A DNA stretch of 64,000 nucleotides from Nitrospirota bacterium (GTDB lineage: Bacteria; Nitrospirota; JACRHJ01): NCBI GenBank assembly GCA_963845245.1, contig CAWJRJ010000034.1, forward strand, positions 1-64,000, given 5' to 3'. Positions 9,548 through 20,738 of the stretch are shown piece after piece. The notes below the pieces were generated by a model. That model worked only from the letters and a program-made list of their open reading frames with translations, was not told the DNA's origin and made no database searches. The number at the start of each line of letters is the position of its first letter. Positions within the stretch are counted from its first letter, which is position 1. The position numbers were made by a program, and so were the translations under genes.

Positions 9548-10309
9548 TCATGGACTCGCACAGGGGGACGGGACGGTTTCAATTTTCAGATACAGCTTAT
9601 CCGCAAGTTGCCCATTGGTCCGTTGTAGCACCCTGTATTCCTCCATGGCAGAATCCTTGTCCTTTCGATGGATATATGCCTCTCCCAAGGCATAGTGCGC
9701 CTCAGAATAATCAGGGTCAATATTAACAGACTGGCGATATGCGTCAACCGCCTTGTCGTACATTTCCAGCTTTTCATAGGCTAGGCCAAGGTTATAATAA
9801 GCGGATTTAAAGGCGAACCTCAATTTTATGGCCTCCTTCAAGGAATCCGCTGCCTCACTGTACGCACCCAGATTGATATATGCTATTCCGAGGTCAAGAT
9901 ATGCATCGGCAAGCTTGGGATTATATTTTACAGCTTGTTTTAACGGCTCGACCGCCACTTTGTACATGCCTGATTTTATGAATACGGAACCAAGGTTGTA
10001 TTGGATAGCGGCATCATATGGCCTGATGGCAGCGGCCTGTTTGTAGGCTTCGGCTGCCTCATGGTACAAGCCTAGGTGGTCGTATGCGTAGCCTATCGAG
10101 AACCACGCATCGGCATCGTCTGGCTTTAGTACAACGGCCTTCTTGTAGGCCTCGACCGCATCTTCATACTTGTCCGAATTAATGTAGTCCCGCCCAAGGT
10201 CCGACCAATATTTCCAATCCATGCCGTTGGCTTCAATGGGTTGGGACGGGAAAGATGAGATTAATAACGCAAGGAGGAAAACTATCGAGGCACTCTTAAA
10301 AAATGTCAT
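9548..10309 (-). CDS. exported TPR-repeat protein
   Basis: Signal peptide plus ~6 TPR repeats (AYYNLG/AEAYKQA patterns). Confidence 0.9.
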   Translation of the reverse strand: MTFFKSASIVFLLALLISSFPSQPIEANGMDWKYWSDLGRDYINSDKYEDAVEAYKKAVVLKPDDADAWFSIGYAYDHLGLYHEAAEAYKQAAAIRPYDAAIQYNLGSVFIKSGMYKVAVEPLKQAVKYNPKLADAYLDLGIAYINLGAYSEAADSLKEAIKLRFAFKSAYYNLGLAYEKLEMYDKAVDAYRQSVNIDPDYSEAHYALGEAYIHRKDKDSAMEEYRVLQRTNGQLADKLYLKIETVPSPCASP

Positions 10310-10319
10310 GCAGACGCCC

Positions 10320-11012
10320 TTAAAAATTGGCTTTGAGACGATAACCGACCCCTGGCTCTGTCAGTATGTAGCGCGGACGGTCGGGTTCAGGCTCAAGCTT
10401 ATGTCTAAGATTGCTTATCGTGACGCGCAATATATGCGGCTGTTCTAAATATGTCGGCCCCCATATCTGGCTCAGGATATTACGGTGAGTAAGGACTTTT
10501 CCGGCATGGGTAACCAACAGTTTCAGCAGGTCGTATTCCGTTGGCGTAAGTTTTACCTCAGTCCCTCTGACTTGCACCCTGCGCATATGAAGATCAACTT
10601 CTAGGTTTTCTATGTTGTACACAGGCTCCGGGGCCTCCTGCATGGAACGCCTAAGGGCTACACGCATCCTTGCGAGAAGTTCCCCGATGCCGAATGGTTT
10701 CGTGACATAATCATCGGCCCCGGCATCAAGGGCAGCTATCTTATCGCCTTCCCTCTCCCGCACGGACAATATAATCACAGGCGTCTGCGACCATTCACGG
10801 AGGCGGCGGAGCACTTCCACCCCATCCATGTCCGGGAGCCCAAGGTCGAGGATGATGAGGTCCGGACTAAGCTGGGCTGCTGCTGCGAGCGCCTCCTGCC
10901 CGGTACCCGCCTCATGCAAAGAGAACTCGCCGCCGCTCAAGGCATTCCTCAGTAAACGCTGGATGGCTTTCTCGTCATCAACTATAAGGACCTTCGGAAG
11001 GTTATTATTCAA
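10320..11012 (-). CDS. kdpE: OmpR-family response regulator KdpE
   Basis: VDDE, LDLGLPDMDG, GADDYVTKPF, TEPGVGYR; follows kdpD. Confidence 0.95.
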   Translation of the reverse strand: MNNNLPKVLIVDDEKAIQRLLRNALSGGEFSLHEAGTGQEALAAAAQLSPDLIILDLGLPDMDGVEVLRRLREWSQTPVIILSVREREGDKIAALDAGADDYVTKPFGIGELLARMRVALRRSMQEAPEPVYNIENLEVDLHMRRVQVRGTEVKLTPTEYDLLKLLVTHAGKVLTHRNILSQIWGPTYLEQPHILRVTISNLRHKLEPEPDRPRYILTEPGVGYRLKANF

Positions 11013-13672
11013 GCGGCCTTTACCCCTTTCTCAGATAGAGGAAGCATTACTGTAAACTTCGCGCCTCCGCCCTCCATGTTCTCGGCCCGTATAAGTCCGC
11101 CGTGCGCTTCCACTATCCCTTTGCAGATGGCAAGCCCAAGGCCGGTGCCGCTGACTCCCTCTGGACGGTGGACGCGGTAGAACTTGTCGAAGACCTTTTG
11201 CAAGTCATTTTCCGGGATGCCGGGGCCGCGATCTGATACCGATATCTCCAGTAGTCCGCCCCTGACCCTGGCTTCGACTTCGACTTCAGAATCCGCCGAA
11301 GAGTATTTGAGGGCGTTGTCCATAAGGTTTACGAGAACCTGTGTCATAAGCACGAAATCCATAGGCACGAGCGGGACAGCGGCGATGGTCGAGGCAACCC
11401 GTGAACGTGCAGACATCCCAAGAGACATAACAGAACTTCCGACAAGATCCTGTACCTCGTAGAGTTCTTTGTTGACCTTGAGTGCGCCCGATTCAATCCG
11501 GGTCATATCAAGCAGGTTTCTGACAAACCGGTTAAGGCGGCCCGCCTCTCCAAGGGCGGTATCTATAAGCTCGCTTTTGGCTTCGGGTTGCAAGTGATGC
11601 CCTTCTTCCTTAAGGCTGCTCAGTACCCCTGTTATTGAGGCGAGCGGCGTGCGAAGGTCATGGGATATTGAATTCAGCAACGACCGTTCCAACTGCTCGG
11701 TAGCTTGCGTGACCTGTGCCTGACCTGCCTCCTGAACAAACTTGCCTCGTTCTATGGCAACCGCGGCCTGGTTGGCAAAGGCTTCCAGTATCTGGCTCCG
11801 ATCAATGGACAAGCTGCCGGCTCCAAGGTCTACCCCAATAACACCTACGACGCTGCCTGCTGTCTGCAGCGGCATATAGAGCATATTGGAAGACCTTAAT
11901 GTGTCAGTGAAACGGCCAGCAGCCTGCTTGTGCTCAAATACCCAAAGCGCAACAGATTTCTCATTATCGTCCAATACCACTTCCGGGCTTGCCGCTTTTA
12001 AATTCAACCGTCCCTGCTCAGGAAGAAGTATTGCCGTCTTTGCATTCAGATTATCGCTTACATGGCGGATTATGGCGGCTACAATCTCTTCGAGGTTCAG
12101 GGCTGCGGCCAGGTCCCTGCTCAAAGCATATATCTTCGCGGTCTGGGCTTCCCTGGCCCTCAAAGCCTCCGTCTGGTTACGTACTCTGGAAACAAGGCTG
12201 CTGATGACCGTCCCGACGATAAATAGCGCCGCGAATGTAATAAAATATTCGGTATCAGACACCGCAAAAGTCAGGTGTGGCGGGACAAAGAAGAAGTCAA
12301 AAGCCAATACTCCGAAGAATGCGGCGGCAAGAGACGGGCCAAGTCCGAAACTGAGCGCGGATATGACCACTGCCAGAAGATAAAGCATCACGAGGTTCGT
12401 TGGGGAGAGGAAATTGCTTACTATCTCTCCCGCCAGCGTTGCGGCCGCGACCAGCGCAAGGCTCCATGCATAATCCCGCCAGGCTATGACACCAACCCGC
12501 GGCCGGGGTGTTGCTGCTTTTTTCCCAGTTGGTGTGGCGCTGACGACGTAGACGTCAATCGGCCCGCTTTTGCGTATAACCTTGTCAACTACCGCCCCAT
12601 GCAGAAGCTCCAGCCATCGCGGCCGGATTGGGCGGCCCATAACTATCTTGGTTGCATTACTTTTTCTGGCAAAGTCTATAACTTCATCCGCTACTGAAGC
12701 GCCTGTCACTGTGGCCGTTTTCCCGCCGAGCGTCTCGGTGAGCCTGAGGTACTGCCAGACGCGTTCGCGGTTTTCCTGAATGAACTTGTCGTTGCCAGGC
12801 GTCTCTACATAAACAGCCGTCCATTCCGCTTTCAGCTCGTCTGCAAGCCTGCGCGTCCTGCGGATAAGCTTCTCGCTGAACGGGCTGCCGCTGACAAGCA
12901 CGACAAGCCGCTCTTTTGCAGCCCATGGCCCCAGGATAGACAGGGTTTCCATGTAGGCGCGCATCTGCTCGTCAACACGGTCCGCCGTGCGCCTGAGGGA
13001 TATCTCCCTAAGCGCAATGAGGTTACCCGGCTTGAAGAACTTCTGGATGGCCCTGGCCGCCTGTTCGGGCATGTAGACCTTACCCTCGCGCAGGCGCTGA
13101 AGTAGGTCATCCGGCGGAAGGTCAACAAGCTCGATCTCCGATGCCTCGTCGATAACACTGTCCGGGACGGTCTCCTTGACGGTGACCTCGGTTATCTGGG
13201 CGACGATGTCGTTCAGGCTCTCCAGATGCTGGACATTCAGGGTCGTGTAGACGTCTATACCTGCGGAAAGTAGTTCTTCCACGTCCTGGTAGCGTTTTAC
13301 GTGGCGAGAACTGGGGGCGTTGGTATGGGCAAGTTCGTCGACGAGGGCTATTTTAGGCTTTCTGGCAAGGACAGCATCGGTGTCCAACTCAGGGAGTGTG
13401 ACACTCTTGTATTCGAGCTGTTTTCGCGGCATTAGTTCGAGGTCTTTAAGGAGGGCTTCAGTTTCAACCCTACCATGGGTCTCTACATACGCGACAACAA
13501 CGTCCACACCTTCGGCCTTACGGCGGTGGGCGGCCTCAAGCATGGCGTAGGTCTTACCCACCCCTGCTGCATAGCCGAAGAATATTTTGAGCTTCCCTTT
13601 TTCTTTGCCGTGCTCCTCCGCTGAGACACGGGCCAAAAGTGCATCAGGGTCGGGTCGGGGTTTTTCAGTCAT
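11009..13672 (-). CDS. kdpD: sensor histidine kinase KdpD
   Basis: GYAAGVGKT Walker A, DELAHTN, Usp domain, 4 TM, GAF, SHDLRTPL, GTGLGL. Confidence 0.97.
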   Translation of the reverse strand: MTEKPRPDPDALLARVSAEEHGKEKGKLKIFFGYAAGVGKTYAMLEAAHRRKAEGVDVVVAYVETHGRVETEALLKDLELMPRKQLEYKSVTLPELDTDAVLARKPKIALVDELAHTNAPSSRHVKRYQDVEELLSAGIDVYTTLNVQHLESLNDIVAQITEVTVKETVPDSVIDEASEIELVDLPPDDLLQRLREGKVYMPEQAARAIQKFFKPGNLIALREISLRRTADRVDEQMRAYMETLSILGPWAAKERLVVLVSGSPFSEKLIRRTRRLADELKAEWTAVYVETPGNDKFIQENRERVWQYLRLTETLGGKTATVTGASVADEVIDFARKSNATKIVMGRPIRPRWLELLHGAVVDKVIRKSGPIDVYVVSATPTGKKAATPRPRVGVIAWRDYAWSLALVAAATLAGEIVSNFLSPTNLVMLYLLAVVISALSFGLGPSLAAAFFGVLAFDFFFVPPHLTFAVSDTEYFITFAALFIVGTVISSLVSRVRNQTEALRAREAQTAKIYALSRDLAAALNLEEIVAAIIRHVSDNLNAKTAILLPEQGRLNLKAASPEVVLDDNEKSVALWVFEHKQAAGRFTDTLRSSNMLYMPLQTAGSVVGVIGVDLGAGSLSIDRSQILEAFANQAAVAIERGKFVQEAGQAQVTQATEQLERSLLNSISHDLRTPLASITGVLSSLKEEGHHLQPEAKSELIDTALGEAGRLNRFVRNLLDMTRIESGALKVNKELYEVQDLVGSSVMSLGMSARSRVASTIAAVPLVPMDFVLMTQVLVNLMDNALKYSSADSEVEVEARVRGGLLEISVSDRGPGIPENDLQKVFDKFYRVHRPEGVSGTGLGLAICKGIVEAHGGLIRAENMEGGGAKFTVMLPLSEKGVKAA

Positions 13673-13726
13673 TTTTCGGCCTCTTTAGTTATAAAATATA
13701 CCATACTTCATTTATATTCAATGTAT

Positions 13727-14311
13727 TCATGGCCTGCTTGCGTCAAGTTCGAGGTTTAGCTCAAGCACGTTTACCCTTTCTTCTCCGAGCAGGCCGAACT
13801 GCCTTTTCTCGGTGTGCTTTGCCACCAACCCCTTCAGCATTTCCTCCGACAAACCCCTTGCGCGCGCGACACGCGGCACCTGATAAAGTGCGGCGGCGGG
13901 GCTGATGTGCGGGTCAAGCCCGCTCCCGGAAGCCGTCACCAGGTCAACGGGGATGGGCGACTTGTTGCCAGGGTCCGCCGCCAACAATGCCGATGCGCGC
14001 ACCTTTACGGCGTCCGCGAGCGCCGGGTTGGTCGGGCCCAGGTTCGAACCGCCGGAGGACATCGCATTATCCGGATAGCCGGAAGTCGCCGATGGGCGGC
14101 CCCAGAAGTATTTCGGGTCGCTGAAGGCCTGGCCTATCAGCTCCGAACCGACTGCCCGTCCGTCCTTGTAGATGATGCTGCCGTTCGCCTTCGACGGGAA
14201 CGCCAACTGGGCAATGGCAGTAACGAACAGTGGATATATAATCCCTGTCAGTACGCTGAGCAAGGCCAGTATGACAATTGCCGGTTTAAGGTTTTTCAAC
14301 ATGGTTATCAT
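13727..14311 (-). CDS. kdpC: potassium-transporting ATPase subunit C
   Basis: [41 protein letters not shown]. Confidence 0.96.
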   Translation of the reverse strand: MITMLKNLKPAIVILALLSVLTGIIYPLFVTAIAQLAFPSKANGSIIYKDGRAVGSELIGQAFSDPKYFWGRPSATSGYPDNAMSSGGSNLGPTNPALADAVKVRASALLAADPGNKSPIPVDLVTASGSGLDPHISPAAALYQVPRVARARGLSEEMLKGLVAKHTEKRQFGLLGEERVNVLELNLELDASRP

Positions 14312-14319
14312 ATCTCCTT

Positions 14320-16432
14320 TTACACGAGCCCTATGGCCGTCAAAGCCATATCTATAAGCTTAATCCCTATGAAACGGCGCGATGATGCCACCTACTCCGT
14401 AGACCATAAGGTTGTTCCTGAGAAGCAACCCCGCGCTGAACGGGCCTGTACTTGACGCCCTTAAGCGCCACCGGGATCAGGCAACACGATAATAAGCGCG
14501 TTGAATATCACCGCCGAGAGTATCGCGGCCTTCAGATGCATGAAATTGAGCATGCCCAGCGCGGGGTACGTGGAGACGAAGGCTGCCGGTATGATAGCGA
14601 AATACTTCGCCACGTCGTTCGCTATGCTGAACGTGGTCAGCGCGCCGCGCGTCATCAGAAGCTGCTTGCCTATCTCGACTATCTCTATGAGCTTGGTCGG
14701 GTTGCTGTCAAGGTCCACCATGTTCGCGGCCTCGCGCGCGGGCTGGGTGCCGGTGTTCATGGCGACCGCCACGTCCGCCTGCGCGAGCGCGGGCGCGTCG
14801 TTCGTGCCGTCGCCCGTCATCGCGACAAGCCTGCCGCCCGCCTGGTACTCACGTATGAGCTTCAGCTTCGCCTCGGGCGTGGCCTGCGCCAGGAAGTCGT
14901 CCACCCCTGCCTCTGCCGCGATTGCGGCGGCGGTAACCGGGTTGTCGCCGGTTATCATGACGGTCTTGATGCCCATGCGGCTCATCTCCGCGAAACGCTC
15001 CTTGATGCCGCCCTTGACTACGTCCTTTAAGGTGCACGACGCCGATTGCCATGCCGTTTTTCGCCACCACGAGCGGCGTGCCGCCCGTACGGGCAATCTT
15101 GTCCACTGCGTCATGCACTTCCTGGGACACGCTGTTGCCGAGTTCTTCAACGTAAGATATCATGGCGTCGGGTGACCCCTTCCTTATATGCTGACCCCGT
15201 TCACGTCAACGCCGCTCATCCTCGTCTGCGCGGTAAACGGAATGAAGTGCATGGCATGGTCGCCGGAAGCGTGCACCGTCTCCCCCCGAAGGCCGTACTT
15301 CTCCTTGGCGAGCACGACGATGCTCCTGCCCTCGGGGGTTTCGTCCGCGAGAGACGATAGCTGCGTGGCCTCCGCAAGCTCCTTTGCGTCAACGCCTCCT
15401 GCCGGGATGAACTCCACCGCCTGGCGGTTGCCGAGCGTGATGGTGCCGGTCTTGTCGAGAAGCAGCACGTCCACGTCGCCCGCGGCCTCGACCGCCCTGC
15501 CCGACGTCGCTATCACGTTCCTCCTTATCATCCTGTCCATCCCCGCTATGCCTATGGCGGAGAGCAGTCCGCCGATGGTCGTCGGTATCAGGCATACGAG
15601 GAGCGCGACGAGCACGGTAATCGTGATAGGCGTGCCGCTCCCGGCTGACTTGACGCTGTATAGCGAGTATGGGAGCAGCGTCGCGCAGACCACAAGGAAT
15701 ATGATGGTGAACCCGGCAAGCAGTATACCCAGCGCTATCTCGTTAGGGGTCTTCTGCCGTCTTGGCTCCCTCAACGAGGCCTATCATCCGGTCTATGAAG
15801 CCTTCGCCCGGGTCGGCGGTGACCTTCACTATCATCCAGTCCGAAAGCACCGTAGTGCCGCCCGTGACCGCGCTCCTGTCGCCGCCGGATTCGCGTATGA
15901 CCGGGGCGCTCTCGCCCGTGACGGCGCTCTCGTTTACCGAGGCCACGCCCTCGACTATCTCGCCGTCGGCGGGTATCAGGTCGCCCGCCTCGGCAAGGAA
16001 GATGTCGCCCTTTCTGAAGTTCAGCGGAGGATACCGACGTAGATGCACCTGTCTTCCGGCCTGACGCCCTTGCCTATGCAGAAGCTCTTTTCAATCTTTT
16101 TCGCCTGGGTCTCCTTACGCATCTTCTTGAGCGACTCCGCCTGGGCCTTGCCCCTGCCTTCGGCCAGCGCCTCGGCGAAGTTCGCGAAGAGCACCGTGAA
16201 CCAGAGCCACATGCGTTATATTGCCGATGAACCAGGTCGGGGCCTCGCCGTGCCCCAGAAGGGCCTGCACCCACAAGGCGGTCGTCAGTACGCTCCCGAC
16301 CTCGACCACGAACATCACCGGGTTCTTTATCATCTTGCGCGGGTCGAGCTTCCACACGGACTCGACCACCGCGCGCCTGTACAGCCCGGAATATGCAGGG
16401 GCCTTCTTTTTAAGGGTCTCTTTGTCTTCCAT
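14320..16432 (-). CDS. kdpB: potassium-transporting ATPase subunit B (multiple frameshifts)
   Basis: [17 protein letters not shown] phosphorylation site, [11 protein letters not shown]-terminal GIKLID spread over several ORF fragments. Confidence 0.93.
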
Positions 16433-16442
16433 TTATTTCTCC

Positions 16443-18195
16443 TTAACTCACCATCATCAGATGTTCGACCACCGGCCCGAGCGCAAGCGCCGGGAAGAAG
16501 CTGAGCGCCGCGACTATCAGTATTACCGAAATAACCCAGCCGATAAAAAGAGGCGTATGCGTCGGCAGCGTGCCCGCGCTTACCGGCACCTTCTTCTTCT
16601 CGGCCAGGTTGCCGGCAATCGCCAGAATGGGGATTGCCAGGAAGTACCTGCCGAAGAACATTACTATGCCGCCAGCCGTATTATAAAAAGGCGTATTCGC
16701 ACTTATCCCCGCGAACGCGCTCCCGTTGTTGCCGCCTGCGGACGAGAACGCATAGAGTATCTCGCTGTACCCGTGAGGGCCGGGGTTTGACGCGCCCGCG
16801 ATCCCCGCCGGGATAACCACGGCTATCGCAGTACCGATCAAGTATGAAGAATACCGGGATCAGGACAACGAGCGAGGCCATCTTCATCTCGAACGACTCG
16901 ACCTTCTTGCCCAGGTATTCCGGCGTCCTGCCGACCATCAGCCCGCGCCACGAATACCGCTATTATCACGAAGACCAGCATCCCGTAAAGGCCGGAGCCT
17001 ACCCCGCCGTAAATCACCTCGCCGAGGTGGATAAGCAGGAGCGGCACGAGCCCGCCGAGCGGCATGAAGGAGTCGTGCATCGAATTGACGGAGCCGTTCG
17101 AGGTCGCGGTCGTGGCCGTGGCCCAGAGCGCGGAGTTCGTGATGCCGAACCGGACTTCCTTGCCCTCCATGTTGCCGCCGGGCTGCACCCCCGAAGTTTG
17201 CCCAGCCGCTGCCACGCCCTTTGCGACCATCGGGTTGTTGCCGATGTTCGGCCCAGACAGTCGACGGCCAGGAACGAAGACGAAGATTATTGTCATTACG
17301 GCGAACACCGCCCAGCCTTGCCGCCTGTCTCCCACCATGACGCCGAAGGTATAGCAGAGCGACGCCGGTATTAAGAGTGATTGCGAGCATCTCAAGGAAA
17401 TTAGTCAGCGGGTCGGGTTCTCGAACGGGTGCGCCGAGTTGGCGTTAAAGTACCCGCCTCCGTTTGTGCCGAGCTGCTTTATGGCGATCTGGGACGCCAC
17501 GGGACCCACGGCAATATCCTGCGTGCTGACAACCGTTCCCTTTGTCGTCCTTCGTGGCCTGGACCAGCGTAACCGTCTTCGTCTTGCTGAAGGTCTGCAC
17601 CACTCCCTGCGAGACCAGCACGATTGAAAAAACAAGGGACAGCGGGATAAGTATATAGAGCGTGGTACGCACGAGGTCGGCCCAGAAGTTGCCTATACCT
17701 TTCGTGGTATGACGTGCAAATCCTCTTATCAGTGCCACAAGTACCGCCATGCCCGTCGCCGCAGACAGGAAGTTCTGCACCGTTAGCCCAAGCATCTGCG
17801 TAAGGTAGCTCATCGTGCTCTCGCCCGCATATCCCTGCCAGTTTGTGTTGGTGACAAAGCTTATGGCGGTGTTGAACGCCGAGTCCGGCGACACGGCGGG
17901 CATGACCAGCCGGGTTGAAGGGTAGCAATCCCTGAAAACGTTGCAGTCCATATACCGCGAGGAAGCCGAGCAGGTTAAAGACCAGCATCACCTTGGCGTA
18001 CTGCTTCCAGCCCATGTCCTCTTCGGCATTAATGCCCGCAATCCGGTATACAAACCTTTCAACAGGCCCGAGGATAGGCGTCAGGAAGGTCTTTTCTCCC
18101 TGATACACCCGGGCCATAAAGCCGCCGAGCGGCTTTACAAGGGCCAACAAGACGGCGAAGTAGACAATAACCTGAAGCCAATCGTAATTGTTCAT
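16443..18195 (-). CDS. kdpA: potassium-transporting ATPase subunit A (multiple frameshifts)
   Basis: [49 protein letters not shown] in ORF fragments; ATG overlaps the kdpF stop (TGATG). Confidence 0.93.
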
Positions 18196-18284
18196 CAGAA
18201 GGCCTCCGGCTTCAACAGCGCCCATCCAAGGTAAACGAGAAGCCCAACGGCTATCGCTCCCGAAATAATATACAACGGGTTCAT
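18195..18284 (-). CDS. kdpF: KdpF small membrane subunit (29 aa; absent from ORF track)
   Basis: MNPLYIISGAIAVGLLVYLGWALLKPEAF with the YLxxALxxPExF signature; AGGAGG SD. Confidence 0.92.
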   Translation of the reverse strand: MNPLYIISGAIAVGLLVYLGWALLKPEAF

Positions 18285-18287
18285 TTT

Positions 18288-18377
18288 CTACCTCCTCAAA
18301 CGTTCGCAGGCGTCCACAAACCAGATGCCCGACAGGAAAACCAATAACGTAGTGGCAAGGAATATAAAGTCTTTCAT
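18288..18377 (-). CDS. second small hydrophobic peptide upstream of kdpF (29 aa; absent from ORF track)
   Basis: MKDFIFLATTLLVFLSGIWFVDACERLRR, G-rich SD; its 3' end contains the kdpF SD. Confidence 0.75.
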   Translation of the reverse strand: MKDFIFLATTLLVFLSGIWFVDACERLRR

Positions 18378-18416
18378 AAGCCCCCCGGATGCATATAACT
18401 GCTCTCGATGCTTATT

Positions 18417-18484
18417 AGTCTATCTTGAGGAATGTCAAAAGGGGGTCAATATACAATGGAGAAGCATCAAGGATTCGTCAAAAT
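18417..18484 (-). promoter_or_regulatory. putative KdpE-dependent promoter with tandem TTGA repeats
   Basis: Minus strand TTGACGAATCCTTGATG and TTGACCCCCTTTTGACA (about one helical turn apart); the proximal box lies 10 bp from a TAGACT -10, an OmpR/PhoB-type layout. Confidence 0.65.
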
Positions 18485-18571
18485 GAATAAATTAGACCAT
18501 TTAAATGTTAACTAGGGCGAGGAAGATCAAGGTTGTTATGTTCTGCGACCTTCATGATTAATCGCCAGTTA

Positions 18572-18632
18572 TTCTAACATTCTTCTAACAGAACACCAAA
18601 TAACACCAAGAAGCAAAGCGGAGTAACACCGG
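18572..18632 (+). repeat. third TTCTAACA-N3-TTCTAACA pair plus AACACC repeats; putative distal arm-type site of the tRNA island
   Basis: TTCTAACA at 18572 and 18583, same 11 bp period as at 8683/8694 and 9410/9421. Confidence 0.6.
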
Positions 18633-18774
18633 AGCCCTTGATATATCATGTTGTATTTGATTTTTTCTTGCATAGGAAAGACAAATATGGCGTAATATCT
18701 TTGTGCTTTCGCGGCCCTGTGTCACTGAAACAGGGGCATCTTCGAGCTACAGGTTTAGATAAAGGCATCAGGGA

Positions 18775-20595
18775 ATGACACAAACATCCAAGAATCCCGC
18801 CTGGAAAGAACTCCGGCTTCCATTATTCCTGATTATAGCCGTCTCTCTGGCCGTTTATGCGAACGCCCTGGCAAATGGTTTTGTCTACGACGACAGGACC
18901 CAGATACTGAGTAACCTCTGGATCAGGGATGCAAGGTTTCTCCCGAACATATTTCTGAGCGATGAATGGGGTTTCAGAAGCGGTAACACCAGCAACTACT
19001 ACCGGCCAATAATGCATGTAGTATACATGCTGGACTACCACCTCTTCGGCCTCAGGCCCTGGGGTTACCACCTTGTAAATATCATCTTCCACGCAGGGTC
19101 TTCCGTCCTCGTCTTTCTGATTGCTCGCGTATTGCTCAAAGAATACAAGCCAGCTTCGAAATTCCTCTCGGCCCCGCTGGTGGCGGCCCTCCTTTTTGCC
19201 GTGCATCCGATACATACGGAAGCCGTAGTCTGGGTTGCAGGTATAACTGACCTTTCGTACTCGTTTTTTTGCCTGCTGTCGTTATACCTCTACATACGAT
19301 CCGAGGGCAGGTTCAACACACGCTATTACCTCTCAATTGCTGCATTCTTTCTCGGGGCACTCTGCAAGGAGCCCGCACTTACCCTGCCGGGGATCCTGAT
19401 CTCTTATGACCTTCTGTTGAGTAAGGAAAGACCCGGTTTTTCAACTATCGCAAAGAGATATGCATTGTTCGCCCTCGCCGTTGCCGCGTACTTCGGACTC
19501 AGGCTTTATGCACTCGGCGGGCGGATGGCCCCGACTGCCGGCCACGGCGAGCATATGGATTACATGAACCTGCTGCTCCTCCTTGCGACATACTTTAAAA
19601 AGCTCGCCGTTCCTGTCGACCTCAAGATTTTTTATGATTTCAGGCCCGAAGGGTCCCTGTCCGATGCGTCCGTGCCGGTTGCCATCATTATTATTGCCCT
19701 AATCGTCGCCTCTTTTTATATCGCGTACAAAAAAGACAGGTTGGCCTTCTTCTGCCTGCTGGCTATAACAATCCCGCTTGCGCCCTGCCTCTATACGCCC
19801 GCTATCACCGGGCCGAGCATGCTGGGGGAGAGATACCTGTATCTACCTTCCGCGGGCTTTGTCATGCTGGTCTCTATATTAATCTCACGGCTTGCAGGCT
19901 CAAAGGCACGCTCGATAGCTCTCTACGTAGTCCTCTCGCTGGCAGCCATGTATTCCGCCGGTACAATCATGCGGAATGCGGACTGGAAAAACGAGTACAC
20001 GTTATGGCTTGATTCGGCGAAGAAGTCGCCTGGGTCTGCCGATGCCCATAACAACCTCGGGGCGGCATTGATTGACATGGGCATGTATGATAAGGCGCAA
20101 GAAGAGACGAGCCAGGCCGTCGCCCTGAAGCCATATTTCGCGGAGGCGCATAACAACCTCGGCATCTCGCTTTTCCATCTGGGCTCAAATGACAAGGCAC
20201 TGGCAGAGTTTCTTCAGGCCGTCGACTTGAAACCGGACTACGGGGAGGCGTACGACAACCTCGGTGTGGCCTACGCAAAGATCGGCCAGTATAACCTGGC
20301 CGTCGGTGCGTTCCTCAATGCTTTGAAGTGTAACCCTTTCCCAGATGATACCTATAAGAACCTCGGTATCGCATACACCAACCTGGGGATGGCGGACAAG
20401 GCTATAGGGGCATACGAGGAGTCGTTGAGAGTACGGCCGGACGATGCGGAGGTGCACAACAATATCGGTATCGTGTATGCTGGGAAAGAGGACATGAAAA
20501 GTGCCATCGAACATTTCCAGACCGCGGCGCGGTTGGACCCGGGAAACCCCCGGTTCAGGGAAAATCTGGAAAAGGCCCTCGCGGCTGCGCAATAG
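18775..20595 (+). CDS. TMTC-like GT-C fold membrane glycosyltransferase with C-terminal TPRs
   Basis: GFVYDD, YYRP, HLVN..H, FAVHPIHTEAV, KE, ERYLYLP, RNADW, then TPR repeats. Confidence 0.88.
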   Translation: MTQTSKNPAWKELRLPLFLIIAVSLAVYANALANGFVYDDRTQILSNLWIRDARFLPNIFLSDEWGFRSGNTSNYYRPIMHVVYMLDYHLFGLRPWGYHLVNIIFHAGSSVLVFLIARVLLKEYKPASKFLSAPLVAALLFAVHPIHTEAVVWVAGITDLSYSFFCLLSLYLYIRSEGRFNTRYYLSIAAFFLGALCKEPALTLPGILISYDLLLSKERPGFSTIAKRYALFALAVAAYFGLRLYALGGRMAPTAGHGEHMDYMNLLLLLATYFKKLAVPVDLKIFYDFRPEGSLSDASVPVAIIIIALIVASFYIAYKKDRLAFFCLLAITIPLAPCLYTPAITGPSMLGERYLYLPSAGFVMLVSILISRLAGSKARSIALYVVLSLAAMYSAGTIMRNADWKNEYTLWLDSAKKSPGSADAHNNLGAALIDMGMYDKAQEETSQAVALKPYFAEAHNNLGISLFHLGSNDKALAEFLQAVDLKPDYGEAYDNLGVAYAKIGQYNLAVGAFLNALKCNPFPDDTYKNLGIAYTNLGMADKAIGAYEESLRVRPDDAEVHNNIGIVYAGKEDMKSAIEHFQTAARLDPGNPRFRENLEKALAAAQ

Positions 20596-20738
20596 TATAT
20601 TATGCCTGACAGGTCTTTTTGCTTGTAATTTTGAATATTTATAGCAATAATATATCCGAATAGCAACGACATTTCCGCGTCCAGTATCTTTGGGACGGGG
20701 AATACTCTGGCCTGCTGGGCTTGACAAGAGCGCCACGA

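Noticed and set aside
18511..18561. Peptide TRARKIKVVMFCDLHD faintly resembling the integrase HDLRH box
   Set aside because: Too short and degenerate, key residues are missing and there is no supporting ORF
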